Shown: one piece after another, positions 60,313 to 64,000 of the stretch | How the letters are laid out: each line of letters starts with the position of its first letter | How positions within the stretch are numbered: the stretch's first letter is position 1 | Assembly (NCBI GenBank): GCA_963774265.1 | Contig: CAVZDU010000001.1 | Span: forward strand, 1,344,001-1,408,000 | Length of the DNA: 64,000 nucleotides | DNA from: an uncultured Chloroflexia bacterium | Lineage (GTDB): Bacteria > Chloroflexota > Anaerolineae > CG2-30-64-16 | Direction: 5' to 3' | Notes under the pieces: model-generated | What the model was told of the DNA's origin: nothing | The model's database searches: none | What the model saw: only the letters and a program-made list of their open reading frames with translations | Made by a program: the position numbers and the translations under genes

Positions 60313-61840
60313 GACTCGGTTCCGTCCTATGTTGGCGGACCGAGTCGGCCTGTTGGTAGGTGATAATCGGCAGACGGCTGCGCAGACTTTGCCTCCCGTC
60401 GCTCGCCGCCGGTAAGGGGCGACAAGCGACGGGACCGTGGGCGTTTACACGCCCAAAGCGTCCAGGTAGCTCACTTTTCCGGGTGGCACGCCGGCGACTT
60501 GGAGGGCACTTTGGCCGGGATGCCGGTAATGACGTTTACGCTCAGACCTCCCTTGAGCGGGCTCGAAGTTATGGTAGATCGCCCAGACCAGGGTCGCCCG
60601 CTCCAGGCGCTGATCCGAGCGGTGGTTGCGGCCGCGGCTGAGTCGTAAGCGAAAATCTCGCCAGTACCACTCGGGTGTCACCCGCTGCAAGCCTTGGTAG
60701 TAAGCCAGCAGGTGCACGAGTACCCGATCGAGTTGCTCATTGAGCAGCTTGCCGAGGGTTGCGCCTAGCGGATGCCCCAGCAGCGTGGCTAACGCTGCTT
60801 CCGCCTCAGTGTAACTCTGGGCGTCCATGATCTTGTGAATCAGCCCGCCCAACTCATCTCGGGTTTGCTTGCGGATGTGCTCGGCAGCTTCGCCGGTCAG
60901 GTCGCCCGCCGCTTCGCTGGCGGCTTTGGCGAGCTCGCCTCCCAGGTTGCGCCACAAATGCCAGACGCAGCGCTGATGCTGGACCCAGGCGAGGCTCCGG
61001 CGCAAGTAAGCCAGCAGCCCCTGTGCGCCATCGGACGTTGCGCCACGCAGGGCATCCACGTCCAGTCCGGCCCGCTTAGCCCGTTCAAACAGCCGCTGCC
61101 ACGGTCCTACCGACCCTTCGCCTTTGGCCACGACTGGCGGATAGACCAGGCCGGTAACGCTGTCCACGATGAGCAGCACGACCCGCTGCGCCTTGCCTTT
61201 CAGCTTGGCCCATAAGCCGTCCGTGCCCACCGCGTGCGTGTGGGCAATGCCCGCTAGTTGCCCGTCCACGCTGGCTTGAGCCGTTTTGCCGGCCCCGTCC
61301 AGCCAGCGCTGCACGGTGCTGGCCGCCAAATAACACCGCTCGCCGCTCTCGGGATCCAGCGGTCGCCAGAGCAACCAACGTTCCTGGTGCCCCAACCAGG
61401 AGCGCAGCAACTCCGCCGTCCGCCGTAATGAGGTGCCGCCGTGTTGCCAGTGGTCGACCGCACAACGGTGAACGTCCCGGGCATACCAACTACCGCGCAC
61501 CAGCAGGGCCGACCGCTCCGAATACGTCTTGTTGCAGGCGTAGCACTTGTGGCGCTGGATGCGCACCTCCTGCCGGCCCCGATCCAGGAACCAGGGGTGA
61601 CGGGGATACGTGCCCCAGCAACTCGTCCACGTCCCGCCACAGGTCGGACAGCGCTTCCAGTCCCAAACGCTGCGCTTGGCCAGCGCCACTAAGGATTGCA
61701 GGTGTGCCCTGCCTCGCTCTATAATGTTCATGGGCCGTGCGGCTTTCTTGTGCGGTGTCACAACTACACAATGGCCGTTTGGCCCATTTTTGTCAATAGC
61801 CCCTGTCGCTACACCGACCAACACAATCTGGAACCGAGTC
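60313..61840 (-). mobile_element. Insertion sequence, 1528 bp, Mutator/IS256-superfamily-like, 8-bp target duplication GACTTCCT
   Basis: Terminal IRs GACTCGGTTCC (60313-60323; reverse complement 61830-61840, extending to 18/23 matches); gacttcct at 60305-60312 and 61841-61848. Confidence 0.92.
60445..61731 (-). CDS. DDE transposase with N-terminal zinc ribbon
   Basis: CPTC...CYAC, HTH (SLRRTAELL, STVQRWL), GTDG, TSDG, QRCVWHLWRN (CxxH), TPE, YHNF. Confidence 0.88.
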   Translation of the reverse strand: MNIIERGRAHLQSLVALAKRSVWDWKRCPTCGGTWTSCWGTYPRHPWFLDRGRQEVRIQRHKCYACNKTYSERSALLVRGSWYARDVHRCAVDHWQHGGTSLRRTAELLRSWLGHQERWLLWRPLDPESGERCYLAASTVQRWLDGAGKTAQASVDGQLAGIAHTHAVGTDGLWAKLKGKAQRVVLLIVDSVTGLVYPPVVAKGEGSVGPWQRLFERAKRAGLDVDALRGATSDGAQGLLAYLRRSLAWVQHQRCVWHLWRNLGGELAKAASEAAGDLTGEAAEHIRKQTRDELGGLIHKIMDAQSYTEAEAALATLLGHPLGATLGKLLNEQLDRVLVHLLAYYQGLQRVTPEWYWRDFRLRLSRGRNHRSDQRLERATLVWAIYHNFEPAQGRSERKRHYRHPGQSALQVAGVPPGKVSYLDALGV

Positions 61841-61847
61841 GACTTCC

Positions 61848-61876
61848 TTGGCCGATCTAGGATGGGCCAGTATAAT
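61848..61876 (+). promoter_or_regulatory. sigma70 promoter of the SBP gene abutting the IS target duplication
   Basis: TTGGCC-17 bp-TATAAT. Confidence 0.6.
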
Positions 61877-61911
61877 CGTCATGTCCAGCCTTCTTGAATG
61901 GAGCCAAGCCG

Positions 61912-63238
61912 GTGCGCTTACCGAAGCTTCTCACGATCTTCCTTATCATGCTTGTGATCCTCAATGCGTGCGCGCCAACTCGCCTTCAGCCGACGCCGAC
62001 GCCGACCACAACAACCGCAGTCAGCCCCCAACCGAGCCCGCGCGTCACGCCTGGCGGTCCCATTACTCTCACGTACTGGGAGGAAGACAATGACGCGGCA
62101 GATGTGCTCCTGGACGAGCTTACGGCTGCCTTCACTGCTGCCAACCCCGAGATCACGATCGAGCGCACGCATTATAGCTACAACGATCTGCGCAACCAGT
62201 TCCGCGCCGAGTCTTTGTTTGCGGGGGAACCTCCTGACCTTGTACCGCGCGCCCGGTGAATTCACAGGCCCCTTCGGAGAGTTGCACATCGTCAAGGCGC
62301 TGGACGACATTTTCTCTGCCGAGTTTCTCGACGGTTATCTGTCCGGCGCGCTGGCCGGAGCGACTCTTAGGTCTAAGGTATGGGGGCTGCCAGACAACTA
62401 TAGCGGCCATCTTATGCTGCTATATAACAAGGACCTGGTGGTGCAAGTTCCTCTTGACACCGACACGTGGATAGCGCAGCTCAAGACGCTGACGGATGCT
62501 GCAAACGGCCAATACGGCCTCGTATTTGACGCCACAGAATCTTATTGGCTGATCCCTTGGCTTGCGGGCTTCGGGGGTTGGCCCCTGGACACGCAGGAGA
62601 AGCCCGCGCTGGCTACGGCCGAAATGATCGAGGCGCTGTGGTTCTTACACGACCTCAAGTACGAGCACCGGGTCATGCCCGACAAGGTAGACTATCAGAT
62701 CGCCTATGACCTGTTCAGTCAGGGCAAGGCCGCTTATGTAATCGATGGCGCCTGGAATCGTGATCGGTACGAGGGGCTGGGGGTGGAGGTGGGGATTGCG
62801 CTTCTGCCACGCGTCAGCCAGACGAAACTTTTGCCCGCACCGATGGCCACCGGCCGCTACTGGTTTATTGCCGATGGGGTGGATGGCGCGAGGCTGGACG
62901 CTGCAGCGCGTTTCGTGGAATTCATGACTTCCGCGCAAACGCAGGATCAGTGGTTGACCAAGATGCGGCGAATGCCCAGCAGCAAAGAAACGCTGGCCAG
63001 CCCGGCGGTTCTGTCGGATCCCGTGCTCGCGCCCATGGCCGAGCAATTGCGCTTGACGCGGGGCGTTCCGCCCGCCCTGGAGATGCCCTGCGCGTGGCGC
63101 GGCATGGGCGCCTACTTCGCAAAGGTTATGGCCGGTGAAATCACCGCGGATGACGCTGCACCTGCGATGCAGGAGGTGGCCGATGCCTGCGTCGCGGATA
63201 TGAATGGGGATGAAGTCACGCCGACAGTTGAGCCGTAG
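61912..63238 (+). CDS. Maltose/maltodextrin-type (family 1) sugar-binding lipoprotein, +1 frameshift near 62245
   Basis: LNAC lipobox, PT linker, PDLV|RAP junction, LLYNKDL, DGAWN, FVEFMTS. Confidence 0.82.
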
Positions 63239-63316
63239 TAGCTAATGCCACGCGAATCGTGGGTTGCAGGGAAATCAACCGAGATGGAATTGTGACAAAA
63301 AAAGCGCTGTATTGGT

Positions 63317-63345
63317 TTGACAGTTGTTAAACACAGTGCTAATAT
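63317..63345 (+). promoter_or_regulatory. sigma70 promoter of the last SBP gene
   Basis: TTGACA-17 bp-TAATAT with extended TG. Confidence 0.7.
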
Positions 63346-63555
63346 ATTTAACCAGCTTTTGCTGCTGCTCTGGCAGCAGTCGTCATCGATGGACACCAAC
63401 CTTTCAGTTTGATAGCCAGCTCGCGCAGCGCCTTTCGGCGTGGTTTTGGCTTGGAATGGTCGGACCAGAGGAGGTGCACGACTGAGTTTAGCCTTGTCGA
63501 CTTGGACTGTGATTCTGAGATCCAATCTACATATTGAGGAAAAAGGAGAAGAACG

Positions 63556-64000
63556 ATGTCACGGCGATTCAATCTGATGTTTGTCATGCTGATCCTGGCG
63601 AGCCTCGTGCTCGCGGCATGCGGCGGCGGCGCTGCCACTCAGGCCCCGGCTGCCCCCACGGCCACCCAGGCGCCCGCGGCCGCCCCTGCGGCGACCGAAG
63701 CCCCGGCCGCTGCCCCTGCGGCGACCGAAGCCCCGGCTGCTGCGCCCGCAGCCACCGAAGCCCCGGCCGCAACCGAAGCTCCGGCTGCTGAAGCCAAGAC
63801 CATCACCATCTGGCACCAGTGGGACGGCAAGTACCTGGATGCGATTCAGGCCGCCTTTAAGGCGTATGAGACTGCGAACCCTGGCGTGAAGATCGACATC
63901 TCCAAGCCCGATGATGTCAGCAACGCGTTGAAGGTCGCCATTCCCGCCGGTGAGGGACCTGACATCATCGGTTGGGCGAATGACAAGATCGGTTCGCTGG
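63556..64000 (+). CDS. Sugar ABC substrate-binding lipoprotein, 3'-truncated by window edge (absent from the ORF track)
   Basis: AAGGAG RBS, MSRRFNLMFVMLILASLVLAACGGG lipobox, ATEAPAAAP repeats, ITIWHQW, GEGPDII.WAND. Confidence 0.88.
   Translation, partial: MSRRFNLMFVMLILASLVLAACGGGAATQAPAAPTATQAPAAAPAATEAPAAAPAATEAPAAAPAATEAPAATEAPAAEAKTITIWHQWDGKYLDAIQAAFKAYETANPGVKIDISKPDDVSNALKVAIPAGEGPDIIGWANDKIGSL
63634..63789 (+). repeat. Coding tandem repeats (~30-bp units, ATEAPAAAPA linker)
   Basis: gcgaccgaagccccggccgctgcccctgcg and degenerate copies. Confidence 0.8.

Noticed and set aside
63634-63789. Tandem repeats as a CRISPR array
   Set aside because: No spacers; the units are in-frame codon repeats of a lipoprotein linker, and no cas genes are present

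Overview
GC-rich bacterial chromosomal window, probably from a Chloroflexota (Anaerolineae/Caldilineae-like) genome. That assignment is inferred from the many Pro/Ala/Thr-linker lipoproteins and the gene repertoire. In order it holds: the end of a nucleoside/sugar ABC operon; mntP; an SBP plus ECF-type ATPase/T module; tRNA-Arg(CCG); an uncharacterised carbohydrate catabolic cluster (two Ldh2-family dehydrogenases, AKR, Gfo/Idh/MocA, HpcH aldolase, Dpp-type ABC importer, AraL-like HAD, AraM-like G1P dehydrogenase); a MoxR/VWA pair; a beta-CASP nuclease; argS; polA; a beta-mannoside locus (GH130, GH3, GH2, YdjC/ChbG, Dpp-type ABC, LacI with a perfect CelR/CebR-type operator); dnaE; several surface/secreted proteins; a complete 1528-bp Mutator-like IS with an 8-bp target duplication; and two sugar SBP genes. 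Ten frameshifts are visible. All are single-base insertions and are most likely sequencing errors. The most unusual signals are: (i) short palindromes inserted in-frame inside protein-coding genes; (ii) the IS, placed 17 bp upstream of a promoter -35; (iii) an ECF module with a soluble-type binding protein and no S component; (iv) orphan Shine-Dalgarno motifs about 80 nt upstream of two SBP genes; (v) a beta-propeller protein with a duplicated unknown C-terminal domain. All calls come from motif recognition by eye; no database searches were run.
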